64,000 nucleotides of DNA from an uncultured Corynebacterium sp. (GCF_946222305.1 NZ_CAMIHZ010000006.1:17139-81138); one strand, 5' to 3'. Shown: positions 10,517 through 20,253, counted from the first letter of the stretch. The notes: generated by a model from the letters alone, not told the origin. Made by a program: numbers and translations.

Positions 10517-10924
10517 GGGTTTTCTCCTTCCACCGTTTGCAAACGTGGCTCGTCGCGGCAGCGTTCACTCGGTTAGACGGGCCGGTGAAAGCGCGCGGAG
10601 CTGCACGATGAAACGGTGATGACGTTTACTTAGACAACAGCGGGGGTAAACATTACCGCAAGGGGGTGCCGAAAACCTAATTGCTTTAAGCTTGCTGTCT
10701 CAACTAGGTTTCTGCCTTTGTTTTCGACGCCCCGCGGGCCGCCTGGCCACGAATTCAGTAGGGCGGTGATTTCCCATTGAGGGCGTGAAGAAGTAAGATT
10801 CTCCGATTGTACGTATCCTCGGCCACCGTCGAGGAGTGCTGTAATTCTAGCCCGACTCGGGCACGACCACGTTCCAACCGTGAATTGTGGACCGACCCGA
10901 TGTAGACAACCTGAGGGATTAATT
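10517..10924. promoter_or_regulatory. Divergent promoter region between the rpmB-rpmG-rpsN-rpsR and rpmE2-rpmF operons. It carries a perfect 12-bp palindrome CGTTTGCAAACG at 10535-10546 and AAACG(N7)CGTTT at 10609-10625.
   Basis: 408 bp of non-coding sequence between divergent start codons. The palindromes were read directly from the sequence. Confidence 0.5.
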
Positions 10925-11188
10925 ATGAAGAAGGATATCCACCCTGATTACCACGCAGTGGTATTCAAGGATGCGAGCACCGGACACCAGTTCCTGACTC
11001 GCTCTACCGCCACTTCTGACCGCACCGTTGAGTGGGAAGACGGCAACGAGTACCCGCTGATCGTCGTCGACGTCACCAGTGAGTCCCACCCATTCTGGAC
11101 CGGCGCACAGCGCGTTATGGATACTGCAGGCCGTGTGGAGAAGTTCCAGCGTCGCTACGGTGCAATGGCTCGTCGCAAGAAGAAGTAA
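10925..11188 (+). CDS. rpmE2: 50S ribosomal protein L31 type B (no zinc ribbon)
   Basis: [10 protein letters not shown]... with no CxxC motifs. The ATG at 10925 is preceded by GAGGGA. Confidence 0.9.
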   Translation: MKKDIHPDYHAVVFKDASTGHQFLTRSTATSDRTVEWEDGNEYPLIVVDVTSESHPFWTGAQRVMDTAGRVEKFQRRYGAMARRKKK

Positions 11189-11215
11189 GCTTAAGAGAAA
11201 GAGAAGGGTTAAACA

Positions 11216-11383
11216 ATGGCTGTTCCAAAGCGCCGCATGTCCCGCGCAAATACCCACTCCCGCCGTTCCCAGTGGAAGGCCGACAATGTCGCCCTCTCCA
11301 ACGTGAAGGTTCAGGGCCAAGAGGTTCAGATCCCACGTCGTCTGGTCAAGGCTGCACAGCTGGGTCTGATCGACCTCGACTAG
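11216..11383 (+). CDS. rpmF: 50S ribosomal protein L32 (C- form)
   Basis: Hand-translated 55 aa [55 protein letters not shown]. Shorter than the ORF-track cutoff. Confidence 0.85.
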   Translation: MAVPKRRMSRANTHSRRSQWKADNVALSNVKVQGQEVQIPRRLVKAAQLGLIDLD

Positions 11384-11440
11384 TGGTCATCTAGAAGGGG
11401 AGATCATCTGAAGTTATCGACTTCTACTCTCCGAAGAGCA

Positions 11441-11473
11441 CTGCCCACCGGCTTTTCCGGTGGGCAGTTTTTT
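11441..11473 (+). terminator. Rho-independent terminator after rpmF
   Basis: ctgcccaccgg-cttttc-ccggtgggcag followed by TTTTTT. Confidence 0.85.
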
Positions 11474-11611
11474 ATGGGGATCTGCAACCAAGGCTTAACC
11501 AATGAGGTTTCTTACCTTCTTGGCGAGTAAATGTTGTGTGAGACATAAGTTTTTCTGGAGGGTAGGCCGAATTCGCGATAAGATGGCTCACACAACAGCA
11601 GGTCGAAGTGA

Positions 11612-12349
11612 GTGAGTTTTCACTTCATGCTGAAACGGGGCAAAATGGTGAGCATGAAAATTCTTGTTGCCGATGACGACCAAGCGGTTCGGGAGTCTCT
11701 TCGCCGATCGCTCATTTTCAATGGCTACACGGTGGTTCTCGCCACCGATGGTGCTGAGGCCTTAGAAATGATTGAGTCCGAACGGCCTGACTTGGCGATC
11801 CTCGATGTCATGATGCCGAAACGTGATGGTCTCGAAGTCTGCCGAGAACTGCGCAGCCACGGCGACGATGTTCCTATTTTGTTGCTCACGGCTCGAGATG
11901 CAGTTTCTGAACGTGTCGCTGGTTTAGATGCCGGTGCTGATGACTATCTGCCAAAGCCGTTCGCGCTCGAGGAATTGCTGGCTCGTACGCGGTCGCTATT
12001 CCGTCGTGCTACCCGCCCGGCCATTAACGAAACGCAGAGCAACGAGCCACTGCGCTTCGAGGATCTCACCCTCAACCCAGATACTCGCGATGTCCGTCGT
12101 GGTGAGCGCCAGATTAGCCTGACCCGAACGGAATTCGCCTTGCTGGAATTGCTGATCCGAAATCCGCGCAAGGTGTTGTCCCGTAACAATATCCTTGAGG
12201 AGGTCTGGGGTTACGATTTCCCAACCTCCGGTAATGCCCTCGAGGTTTACATCGGCTACCTGCGTAAAAAGACCGAGCAAGATGGTGAGAGCCGCTTGAT
12301 TCATACGGTTCGCGGTGTCGGCTACGTTTTGCGTGAGACTGCACCGTGA
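11612..12349 (+). CDS. mprA: OmpR-family response regulator, MprA/CgtR2-like. The true start is probably the internal ATG at 11645 or 11654.
   Basis: Receiver domain (ADDD...D...K) plus a winged-helix domain. Synteny RR-HK-HtrA protease-moaB as in Mtb mprAB-pepD-moaB2. Confidence 0.85.
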   Translation: MSFHFMLKRGKMVSMKILVADDDQAVRESLRRSLIFNGYTVVLATDGAEALEMIESERPDLAILDVMMPKRDGLEVCRELRSHGDDVPILLLTARDAVSERVAGLDAGADDYLPKPFALEELLARTRSLFRRATRPAINETQSNEPLRFEDLTLNPDTRDVRRGERQISLTRTEFALLELLIRNPRKVLSRNNILEEVWGYDFPTSGNALEVYIGYLRKKTEQDGESRLIHTVRGVGYVLRETAP

Positions 12350-13899
12350 TTCTCCGGAGGCTTCCTGCAGAAGCCTCCCCCTGGGATAAGCGCTCCACCG
12401 AGGGGCGGGAAGACGACCTTTTCGAAGACCGAGCGCTATCCGGAGGGGCCGGAGGCAAGTCTGACCATACGAGCTGGATTCACGTCGCTCGTTTTTCGGT
12501 TCGCGGGCTCTCGCTCCGCGCCCGCCTGTCCATTCTCGTGGCGCTGATGGTTCTGTTGACCATTCTGGTCATCACCATCACCGCCTATAAGTCCGTTAGT
12601 CAGGTGCTCTACACCGAGCTGGACAAGAACTTGCAGACCCGTGCCCAGGCCGCGATTGACCGCTCGGAGCAGCCTTTTCCGGATGATTTTGACGCCCAAG
12701 GGCATTACCGACCTCGATTCCACGAGATCTCGAGCAATATGCGGATCATGATCATCCCCTCGAGCTACACGGGACAATCCACCCCTGTACGCGAGTTTGA
12801 ATCCGTCCTGCAGTCGAAGCAGATTTCCGTGATGCGGGGTGAGGAGCCCTTTAACTTCGACACGACCGATCATGAACGGATGTTCGCGGTGCGTACCGTG
12901 GACGGTCGTGTCATTGTGGTGACCCAGGATCTGGCTTTCACGAAGCAGACCTTGAATGCATTGGAACTTGTGTTGATCCTGGTTGGCGTCTCCGGTGCCT
13001 TGGGCGCGATCATTCTGAGTATCGCTATCGTCAACGCCGGGTTGCAGCCCATTGGTCGACTCCGCCGAGCAGCCGACCATGTGACAGAAACAGGTGAGCT
13101 GCGCAAGATTTCGGTGTACAGCCACGACGAGCTTAGCTCGCTTACGCAGTCTTTCAACGACATGATGAGTGCGCTCGAGGACGCTCAAACTAAGCAGCGC
13201 AACCTCGTGGCGGATGCCTCCCATGAGCTCAAGACCCCACTTACTTCGATGCGCACGAATATTGAGTTGCTTATGCAGGCATCGAAAAACAAGCACGCGA
13301 TAATCAGTGAAGCTGACCGCGCAGATATTGAGCGAGACGTTATCGCCCAGATCGAGGAAATGAGCTCCCTCATTGGTGACCTTGTGGAACTGGCCCGCGA
13401 GGAAACTCACGAGGTGCCACTCAGCAGCATCGACGTTGGCGACATTCTGCAGGGATGCATCGGACGTGTGCAGCGCCGTAGGCCGGATGTGCGTTTCGAA
13501 TTCCGGGAAACGGAATGGACTCTCGAAGGGGACAGCTTCGGCCTGAGTCGCGCTCTACTGAATCTCCTAGATAACGCCGCAAAATGGTCTCCGACGGATG
13601 GCACGGTGCGTATCGATATGATTCCTGACGGCAGGGAGCTGGAGTTACGGATATCCGATAGCGGTCCAGGCATTCCGGTGGAGGAGCGCGAGCGCGTATT
13701 CGACCGTTTCTACCGCTCCATCGGATCGCGATCGATGCCGGGATCTGGTCTCGGGCTGTCCATTGTGAAGCATATGGTGGAGCGTCATGGGGGCAGCATT
13801 CGCGCCGACGAGAGTGATGACGGTGGCACGATGATGGTTGTGCGGTTGCCTGGGGATCCCGTCATGGTGGTAGATGAGGGCGTCGAGAAAGAAAAGTGA
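12346..13899 (+). CDS. mprB: Sensor histidine kinase (HAMP-HisKA-HATPase), MprB/CgtS2-like
   Basis: H-box [14 protein letters not shown] plus N, G1 and G2 boxes, and two N-terminal TM segments. Its GTG start overlaps the regulator's stop codon. Confidence 0.85.
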   Translation: MILRRLPAEASPWDKRSTEGREDDLFEDRALSGGAGGKSDHTSWIHVARFSVRGLSLRARLSILVALMVLLTILVITITAYKSVSQVLYTELDKNLQTRAQAAIDRSEQPFPDDFDAQGHYRPRFHEISSNMRIMIIPSSYTGQSTPVREFESVLQSKQISVMRGEEPFNFDTTDHERMFAVRTVDGRVIVVTQDLAFTKQTLNALELVLILVGVSGALGAIILSIAIVNAGLQPIGRLRRAADHVTETGELRKISVYSHDELSSLTQSFNDMMSALEDAQTKQRNLVADASHELKTPLTSMRTNIELLMQASKNKHAIISEADRADIERDVIAQIEEMSSLIGDLVELAREETHEVPLSSIDVGDILQGCIGRVQRRRPDVRFEFRETEWTLEGDSFGLSRALLNLLDNAAKWSPTDGTVRIDMIPDGRELELRISDSGPGIPVEERERVFDRFYRSIGSRSMPGSGLGLSIVKHMVERHGGSIRADESDDGGTMMVVRLPGDPVMVVDEGVEKEK

Positions 13900-14085
13900 A
13901 GCGATAGAAAGCGAGCGGCTCTGAACGTTTACTGTGAGCTTTCTGTATGCCATCGCGCTGGGTAGATTGGACTTCCAAGAGACTCCGCAGCCTGAATTGG
14001 GCTGGTCTTCACAATTTGGGGGCACAATTGGATCTATCTTCTTAGGGTGCCGACGGTGGCCCGAAAACATGGAAAGGCAATCGAA

Positions 14086-15735
14086 ATGACGACACATAAT
14101 CCCGGTGAAAACGACTTCGGAAATGCGAAGCGGGATCAAAAGAAAGGTCCTGCCGATAACCGTTCACCGCAAGGGATGTCGTCTCCGATGGGGTGGCGGC
14201 AGGACCAAGCCGAGTCGCACACGTCGCAGTTTGGGGCGATGGGCGGCCAGCCGGTCGGTGCTGCGAGTCAGGCTGAAGGCCCGGGGGCTGGACAACAGGG
14301 CGGACTGCAGGCTGGTGCTGCGCAGCCCCAGTTGAATGACTACGGTGCTGGTGCGCGATCCATGGGCCAACCGGGCCAGCCAGGCCAACTGGGCCGGCCA
14401 AGTCAATCTGCGCCAATGGGGCAACCCGGCCAGCCAGGTCAATCTGCGCCAATGGGGCAACCCGGTCGGTTAGGTCAATCTTCGCCAATGGGGCAACCCG
14501 GCCAGCAGGGCCAGGCGGGTCCCACCATGACAGGCCAGCCCGGACAATTTGGACACCCTGGCCAGGCCGGACAGTTCGCCCAGCCCGGTCAATTGGGTCA
14601 ACCCGTTCCACCGGCACCCCGTCAGCCGAAGCGTTGGTCCACCACCAGCTTGGTCGCTATGGTGCTTGCCGGGTCGCTCGTCGCCGGCGCGGCCACGGCG
14701 GTAGTGGGCAGTGAGCTCAACGGCAATGGCTTGGGCAACAGTACTGTGACTTCCTTCGACCAAGGTAAGCCCACGAGCGATACGAAGAACACCAACGGTC
14801 GCCCGCCAGCGGAAGGCAGCGTGGAAGAGGTCGCGTCCAAGGTCTTGCCCAGCGTGGTCTCCATCCAGGTGCAGACAGCTGATTCGGGTGCCGACGGTTC
14901 CGGATCCATCATTAGTAACGATGGTCTGATTGTGACGAATAATCACGTCGTTTCGGGGGCAGAGAATGGCCGAGCCAAGATCGCGGTGCAGCTGCACGAT
15001 GGCCGGGTGCTGCCTGCGGACCTCGTTGCATCAGATCCCACCACCGATGTAGCCGTCATCAAGGCTCGTGGTGCTAACGACCTGCAACCGATCAAGTTCG
15101 GCGACTCCAACAAGCTCAACGTGGGGCAGGAAGTTGTGGCGATTGGCTCTCCTTTGGGGCTGTCCTCGACGGTGACACGCGGGATCGTCTCTGCGAAAAA
15201 CCGTCCCGTTCAGGCCGGTGGTGAAAAGGGCGGCGAAGCTTCTCTGATCGACGCCATCCAGACCGACGCTGCGATTAACCCCGGTAACTCTGGTGGCGCG
15301 CTGGTCAACATGAATGGTGAGCTCGTGGGCATCCCATCGGTCATTGCCTCTCTCGGCGGTGGCGAAGGGCAGCAATCTGGATCCATCGGATTGGGTTTTG
15401 CCATCCCGGTAAACCAGGCGCAAGACATCGCCAAACAACTGGTGGAAAAGAAGAAGGTCGACCACCCCGCCATTGGTGCGCAGGTGAACACCAGCCGTTC
15501 CGCCTCCAGCCAAGGCGCTGAAATCGTGAAGGTCGAAAGTGGCAGCCCAGCGGATAAGGCCGGACTGAAATCCGGTGACGTGGTGTTGAAGGTGGATGAC
15601 CGCTTGGTTGAAGGCGGCGTGGGATTGATCGCTGCGATCCGTTCGCACCGCGTGGGGGACAAGGTCACGCTGACTGTCCTCCGCGATGGCAAGGGATCGG
15701 AGAAGCAGGTGGAGGTCACACTCGGGTCGCGGTAG
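14086..15735 (+). CDS. pepD: HtrA/PepD-like trypsin-type serine protease with a C-terminal PDZ domain and a Gln/Pro/Gly-rich repetitive N-terminus
   Basis: Catalytic-triad context TNNHVV ... D ... GNSGGAL and a PDZ domain. The preferred ATG at 14086 has a GAAAGG RBS. The longer ORF from 14047 is less likely. Confidence 0.85.
   Translation: MTTHNPGENDFGNAKRDQKKGPADNRSPQGMSSPMGWRQDQAESHTSQFGAMGGQPVGAASQAEGPGAGQQGGLQAGAAQPQLNDYGAGARSMGQPGQPGQLGRPSQSAPMGQPGQPGQSAPMGQPGRLGQSSPMGQPGQQGQAGPTMTGQPGQFGHPGQAGQFAQPGQLGQPVPPAPRQPKRWSTTSLVAMVLAGSLVAGAATAVVGSELNGNGLGNSTVTSFDQGKPTSDTKNTNGRPPAEGSVEEVASKVLPSVVSIQVQTADSGADGSGSIISNDGLIVTNNHVVSGAENGRAKIAVQLHDGRVLPADLVASDPTTDVAVIKARGANDLQPIKFGDSNKLNVGQEVVAIGSPLGLSSTVTRGIVSAKNRPVQAGGEKGGEASLIDAIQTDAAINPGNSGGALVNMNGELVGIPSVIASLGGGEGQQSGSIGLGFAIPVNQAQDIAKQLVEKKKVDHPAIGAQVNTSRSASSQGAEIVKVESGSPADKAGLKSGDVVLKVDDRLVEGGVGLIAAIRSHRVGDKVTLTVLRDGKGSEKQVEVTLGSR
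14404..14511 (+). repeat. Three tandem 36-bp repeats encoding QSAPMGQPGQPG units inside the protease N-terminal region
   Basis: caatctgcgccaatggggcaacccggccagccaggt repeated three times with minor variation. Confidence 0.8.
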
Positions 15736-15851
15736 CGCTATCCCCCGATAGACCCCTCATTCCTCAGCTTGTCTGTACAGCTGTCGCAATGGCGGGATAC
15801 GGTTAGTAGGACAAAATTCAGTGCAAGCCTGATCGGAAGAATTCTAGAGTC

Positions 15852-16448
15852 ATGAATATCCCGAAAGTAGGGGAAGTAGATAACGAGGAGCTGGAGCGTG
15901 TCACGGGCGATATTCCAGAACCCGACGATTCCCTGTTCCACACGTTGGATGCCGAATCCCGCCTGTACCACGACCACACTCGTCGCGCCCTGCTGCACGC
16001 CATGGTTGTTCTCGTCACCGATGAGCCGGAAAAGCATGCCCGATACGGGGAACTGGTGGGCGAGCTGCTGACAGAAGAAGACTTCATCGTCGATGCCGTC
16101 TTGGAAGTCGAGAGTCGTAAGTCCGCCATCCGTCAAGCTATTCAAACGGGTGTTGTGGGTGGAACCGACTTGGTGGTGACCATCGGCGGGACCGGCATGG
16201 GGCCACGCGACAAGACCCCGGAAGCAACGCACAAGGAATTGGATCGCAAGATCCCAGGCATTGCAGAAGCACTTCGTTCTTCCGGCTTGTCCGCTAATTC
16301 ACTGCATGCTGGCCTCTCCCGGGGCATCGCTGGCGTGTCCGGCTCCACCGTCATCGTGAATATCGCGGGCTCGCGTGAGGCAATTCGTGACGGCATGGCC
16401 ACGCTGGGCCCCCTTGTGCGCCACGTCATCAGCGAGTTGAATGTCTAG
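15852..16448 (+). CDS. moaB: Molybdenum cofactor biosynthesis protein MoaB/MogA family
   Basis: MoCF_biosynth domain (GGTGMGPRD). Synteny with Mtb moaB2. Confidence 0.8.
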   Translation: MNIPKVGEVDNEELERVTGDIPEPDDSLFHTLDAESRLYHDHTRRALLHAMVVLVTDEPEKHARYGELVGELLTEEDFIVDAVLEVESRKSAIRQAIQTGVVGGTDLVVTIGGTGMGPRDKTPEATHKELDRKIPGIAEALRSSGLSANSLHAGLSRGIAGVSGSTVIVNIAGSREAIRDGMATLGPLVRHVISELNV

Positions 16449-16520
16449 CACTCCTCGCCGCCGCCCTCGCCGTACGTTTGGAACCCTAGGTTCTCGTCGG
16501 CAGGGGCTTTCTCAATACTT

Positions 16521-16554
16521 TGACGCCACGGGCTCAGTGGAACCCGTGGCGTCA
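16521..16554. terminator. Hairpin between the convergent moaB and mscL genes (a possible bidirectional, T-tract-poor terminator)
   Basis: tgacgccacggg-ctcagtggaa-cccgtggcgtca. Confidence 0.45.
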
Positions 16555-16667
16555 AGTGAACCATTCGACGAACAGTTCTGGCGGGAGCAAAAGCCCCCGC
16601 ACTGGGGTTGATCCCGTGCAACCGGGGCTATGGGCTGAGGTAGCTCACAGCCGGTGTTGCTGGGGGA

Positions 16668-17180
16668 TTAGTTACCAGCGTGACGACCGTAGTTGTCAGC
16701 GGAGTCTGGGGTGGCATCGTCACCGTGAGGGGTGATGGTCTCCGCACGATCCAGGCGCTCCTGCAAAGCTGGGTCGGTTGGGCGCTCGCGCTGCTCGCGC
16801 AGCAGGTCGCGGATTTCGGCCAGCAGCTCAACATCGGTAGCGGCAGCCTCTTCTGGGGCGATGCCCTTACGGCGAGCGTTCATCTCAGCGATCTTGTTCA
16901 TCGGTGCGATCATGAGGAAGTAGATGACAGCTGCAACGATGAGGAAGTTAAGGATGGCGGTGATGATGGCACCCAGGTTAATGAAGGTTGCTGGGTTGCC
17001 CTGACGCAGGAAGAAGCCGAGACCAACTTCTGGGCTGCCGCCGATGGCAGCCAGTAATGGCTCGACAATGCCCTTCGTGAAGGAGGTCACGATAGCGGTG
17101 AACGCAGTACCCATGACAACGGCGACCGCAAGCTCGATCACGTTGCCACGCATGATGAAGTCCTTGAACCCCTTGAGCAT
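16668..17180 (-). CDS. mscL: Large-conductance mechanosensitive channel MscL with an extended acidic C-terminus
   Basis: N-terminal MLKGFKDFIMRGNVIELAVAVVMG is diagnostic for MscL. Confidence 0.9.
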   Translation of the reverse strand: MLKGFKDFIMRGNVIELAVAVVMGTAFTAIVTSFTKGIVEPLLAAIGGSPEVGLGFFLRQGNPATFINLGAIITAILNFLIVAAVIYFLMIAPMNKIAEMNARRKGIAPEEAAATDVELLAEIRDLLREQRERPTDPALQERLDRAETITPHGDDATPDSADNYGRHAGN

Positions 17181-17183
17181 GAC

Positions 17184-17777
17184 TCAAATTCCTTTCTTCT
17201 GGACCACGGCAGCCCCCGAGATGATGTAATCCACAGCCAGGTCGTGGTCTTCCGTGGGAACGTGGTCGATGATTTCGATGTCGTCGACAATTGCGCAGGA
17301 AATGATCCCGCGAGGTTTCCGGGCAAAGACGGTGTCGTAGAATCCTCCACCTTGTCCAAGTCGACGTCCGTCATAGTCTATAGCAAGAGCCGGCAAAATC
17401 ATCAGTGGTTCATAAGCAAAAGCATCGGAAACTGGTTCTCCGACGGGCTCGGGGATGCCCCAATGGCTGACCTCTAACTCACCGCTGAATTGAACCCATT
17501 CCATCGACCGGTCGGCCTGGGAAATGACTCGGGGTAGGAAAATCGGAACGTCCGAAGGCAGAACGGAGGTCAAGTATTGAGGCAGATCAGGGCCCCCTGG
17601 CTCGCCGGGCATAGGAGAGAAGGCGCAGACAGCCTTGGGGTAGAGTTGATCCAGAAGGGAGCGCAGATTCTTCTGGATATTGCGATCTGATAGAGCACGT
17701 TCTTGGCACGAAACCGACGTGCGTCGCTGGCGAATTTCACTTCTCAACCGGCGTTTTTGCTCCTTGATAGTGCTCAT
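17184..17777 (-). CDS. fthC: 5-formyltetrahydrofolate cyclo-ligase (MTHFS) family protein
   Basis: MTHFS fold motifs. The start was set at MSTIKEQ because the longer ORF would run into the galU promoter. Confidence 0.7.
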   Translation of the reverse strand: MSTIKEQKRRLRSEIRQRRTSVSCQERALSDRNIQKNLRSLLDQLYPKAVCAFSPMPGEPGGPDLPQYLTSVLPSDVPIFLPRVISQADRSMEWVQFSGELEVSHWGIPEPVGEPVSDAFAYEPLMILPALAIDYDGRRLGQGGGFYDTVFARKPRGIISCAIVDDIEIIDHVPTEDHDLAVDYIISGAAVVQKKGI

Positions 17778-17891
17778 AATCACAGAATTTACCCGTCGGG
17801 CCACCTCGCCACGTGGGTGGGTTATGACACGCACGATGGGCCGGAGTGTAGTTCACGCGGAAAACACTCTTTTCGCGGTACGATTCTTGGC

Positions 17892-18815
17892 ATGTCTTCT
17901 ACCCCTACGACTGATCGAGAAACGGTGCAGGCGCACGTGCGCACCGTGGTTGTTCCCGCCGCGGGCCTCGGAACAAGGTTCCTTCCCGCAACCAAAACTG
18001 TTCCTAAGGAATTGTTGCCTGTGGTGGATACCCCAGGCATCGAATTGATTGCTAAGGAAGCGGCTGCCGCGGGTGCAGATCGACTGGCCATCATTACCGC
18101 CCCCAAGAAGGACGGAATCATGGCCCACTTCCGCACCGATATTGAGCTGGAAGAGACCCTCGAGGCCCGCGACAAGCAAACCCAGCTGGACAAGGTGCGC
18201 GCAGTCGACGGCTTGATCGACGCTGTTCCAGTCGAACAGGAAAAGCCCCTTGGCTTGGGCCACGCCATTGGGCTCGCTGAAACCGTCCTCGACGAAGACG
18301 AAGACTGCTTCGCGGTCATGCTGCCCGACGACCTTGTTTTGCCCTTCGGTGCAATGGAGCAAATGGTTGCCATCCGTCAGAAGTTCGGCGGTTCCGTGCT
18401 GTGCGCCTTCGAAGTTCCGCGCGAGGACGTCAGCAAATACGGGGTATTCGATATCGACGACGTTGGCGAAGACAACGTCAAGGCCGTCAAAGCCATGGTG
18501 GAAAAGCCAGAGGTCGACGAAGCGCCAAGTAACTTCGTGGCTACCGGCCGTTACCTGCTGGACCGCCAGATCTTCGATGCTCTGCGTCGCACCAAGCCCG
18601 GCAAGGGCGGTGAAATCCAAATCACGGATGCCATCGAGCTGCTTATTGAGGAAGGCCACCCAGTTCACATCCTGGTGCACCACGGTCAGCGCCACGATCT
18701 GGGAAACCCCGGTGGCTACATTCGCGCCTGCGTTGATTTCGCACTGCAGGACGATACCTACGGGCCATCCTTGCGCACGTGGCTCGAAGCGCGGTTAGCA
18801 GAGGATCGCAACTAA
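17892..18815 (+). CDS. galU: UTP--glucose-1-phosphate uridylyltransferase
   Basis: PAAGLGTRFLPATK nucleotidyltransferase motif. Start set at MSSTP (ATG 17892). The longer ORF overlaps the divergent fthC. Confidence 0.9.
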   Translation: MSSTPTTDRETVQAHVRTVVVPAAGLGTRFLPATKTVPKELLPVVDTPGIELIAKEAAAAGADRLAIITAPKKDGIMAHFRTDIELEETLEARDKQTQLDKVRAVDGLIDAVPVEQEKPLGLGHAIGLAETVLDEDEDCFAVMLPDDLVLPFGAMEQMVAIRQKFGGSVLCAFEVPREDVSKYGVFDIDDVGEDNVKAVKAMVEKPEVDEAPSNFVATGRYLLDRQIFDALRRTKPGKGGEIQITDAIELLIEEGHPVHILVHHGQRHDLGNPGGYIRACVDFALQDDTYGPSLRTWLEARLAEDRN

Positions 18816-18914
18816 CGCGCACCTAGCTAACGCTTGGCCCCACACTCAAGGTCGCCCCACAAGCTAAAGGTCGATAGACCCGGCCACCAGCGGTCGAGGA
18901 AGGAACGCTAACTC

Positions 18915-20231
18915 ATGCGGACAGTAGAGGAGCAGCTGTCGATCATCACCGCTGCAGCGGTCACCCCTGAGCCTGTGCGCGTGGCCATCTCCGAAGCGCT
19001 GGGCTTGAGGTGCGCGGAACAGGTAGAAGGAACCGAGCACCTTCCGGGATTCGACCAAGCCGCCATCGATGGCTACGCGGTGCGCTGCGTGGATGTCCGC
19101 CAAGCACTAGACCCCACACCCACCGAAGAAGCCACGTCGTCGAGTGATCGCCGCGATCCCCACGAAGACGATCCCGCCCGTCGCGACAGCCAACGTCGCG
19201 CTGCCCTCCCTATTGTTGGTGAGGTCACCGCGGGCTCCCACCGCCCGGTGCGCTTGCAGCCGCGGCAATGTGTTCGGGTACACGCCGGCGCCCCTATGCC
19301 TACTTTGGCCGACGCCGTGCTGCCCCTGGATTGGGCGGAAACCCAGGGCCGAAGAATCATCCCGCTCGAGCACATCCAGCCGGGTGAATTCGTCCACCGC
19401 AAGGGATCGGACGTACAGCCAGGCGATGTGGTCGTAGAGCAGGGCGCGGTCATCGGTGCAGCTCAGGTTGGTCTGTTGGCAGGCGTGGGTCGGTCCAAGG
19501 TGTTGGTTTATCCACGGCCACGCATGGCAGTTTTGGCCTTCGGCCAAGAACTGATCGACATCGACCGCGAACCTTCCTTGGGCAAGACTTACGATGTGAA
19601 CTCATACGCGTTGACCGCAGCGGGACGTGAAGCGGGAGCGGAAGTTCACCGCCTCGGCATCGTCGGGGGTGAGCCACGCCGAATGAAAGACATCATCGAA
19701 GGCCAACTCATCCGCTCGGAAGTCGTGGTGATCGCAGGCGCCGTCGGTGGCGCCGCTAGCGCAGAGTTGCGGGAAGTTCTTTCTGAACTCGGTGATCTGG
19801 AGATTACGAGGATCGCAATGCATCCTGGTTCGGTTATGGGCTTCGGAACGCTAGGGGCGGACAAAGTACCAACCTTCCTGTTGCCGGCGAACCCATCGGC
19901 TGCACTCGTCGCATTTGAAGTCATGGTGCGTCCACTGATTCAGCTCATCCGCGGGCAACGGCAGTCCAACCGCCGGGTTGTACGGGCCCGTACCATCGCA
20001 GCCATTGAGTCCACTCCACACCGTCGCGGATTCATCCGCGGTCAGCTCATGCGCGATCGCGGCACGGGCGACTTCCTCGTGGATCCTCTGGGCGCGGCCG
20101 ATGGGGGCGAACCCACACACCTGCTGGGTAGCCACGGACGCGCGAACTGCCTCATTGTTGTGCCGGTGGACGTCGACCACTTGGCTCCCGGAGCGGTCGT
20201 TGACGTCATGTTCCTGACGAACCGAACCTAA
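18915..20231 (+). CDS. moeA: Molybdopterin molybdenumtransferase MoeA
   Basis: MoeA N-terminal/linker domain plus a MoCF_biosynth domain; 438 aa. Confidence 0.85.
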   Translation: MRTVEEQLSIITAAAVTPEPVRVAISEALGLRCAEQVEGTEHLPGFDQAAIDGYAVRCVDVRQALDPTPTEEATSSSDRRDPHEDDPARRDSQRRAALPIVGEVTAGSHRPVRLQPRQCVRVHAGAPMPTLADAVLPLDWAETQGRRIIPLEHIQPGEFVHRKGSDVQPGDVVVEQGAVIGAAQVGLLAGVGRSKVLVYPRPRMAVLAFGQELIDIDREPSLGKTYDVNSYALTAAGREAGAEVHRLGIVGGEPRRMKDIIEGQLIRSEVVVIAGAVGGAASAELREVLSELGDLEITRIAMHPGSVMGFGTLGADKVPTFLLPANPSAALVAFEVMVRPLIQLIRGQRQSNRRVVRARTIAAIESTPHRRGFIRGQLMRDRGTGDFLVDPLGAADGGEPTHLLGSHGRANCLIVVPVDVDHLAPGAVVDVMFLTNRT

Positions 20232-20253
20232 GCCCCGGGCCGGGCAAGGATAT

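Noticed and set aside
10517-10924. Mycobacterial or streptomycete-type Zur box (TGAAAATnATTTTCA) in the divergent ribosomal-protein promoter region
   Set aside because: No match to that consensus was found by eye. Only the different palindromes are reported as findings, so Zur control is not asserted.
14047-14085. Upstream extension of the pepD ORF
   Set aside because: The ATG at 14086 with a GAAAGG RBS is a better start. The 13-codon extension adds nothing conserved.
14042-14617. 191-aa antisense ORF over the pepD repeat region, and 14164-14460 likewise
   Set aside because: It is generated by the repetitive CCA/GGC-rich tandem repeats. The sense frame continues into a bona fide protease domain.
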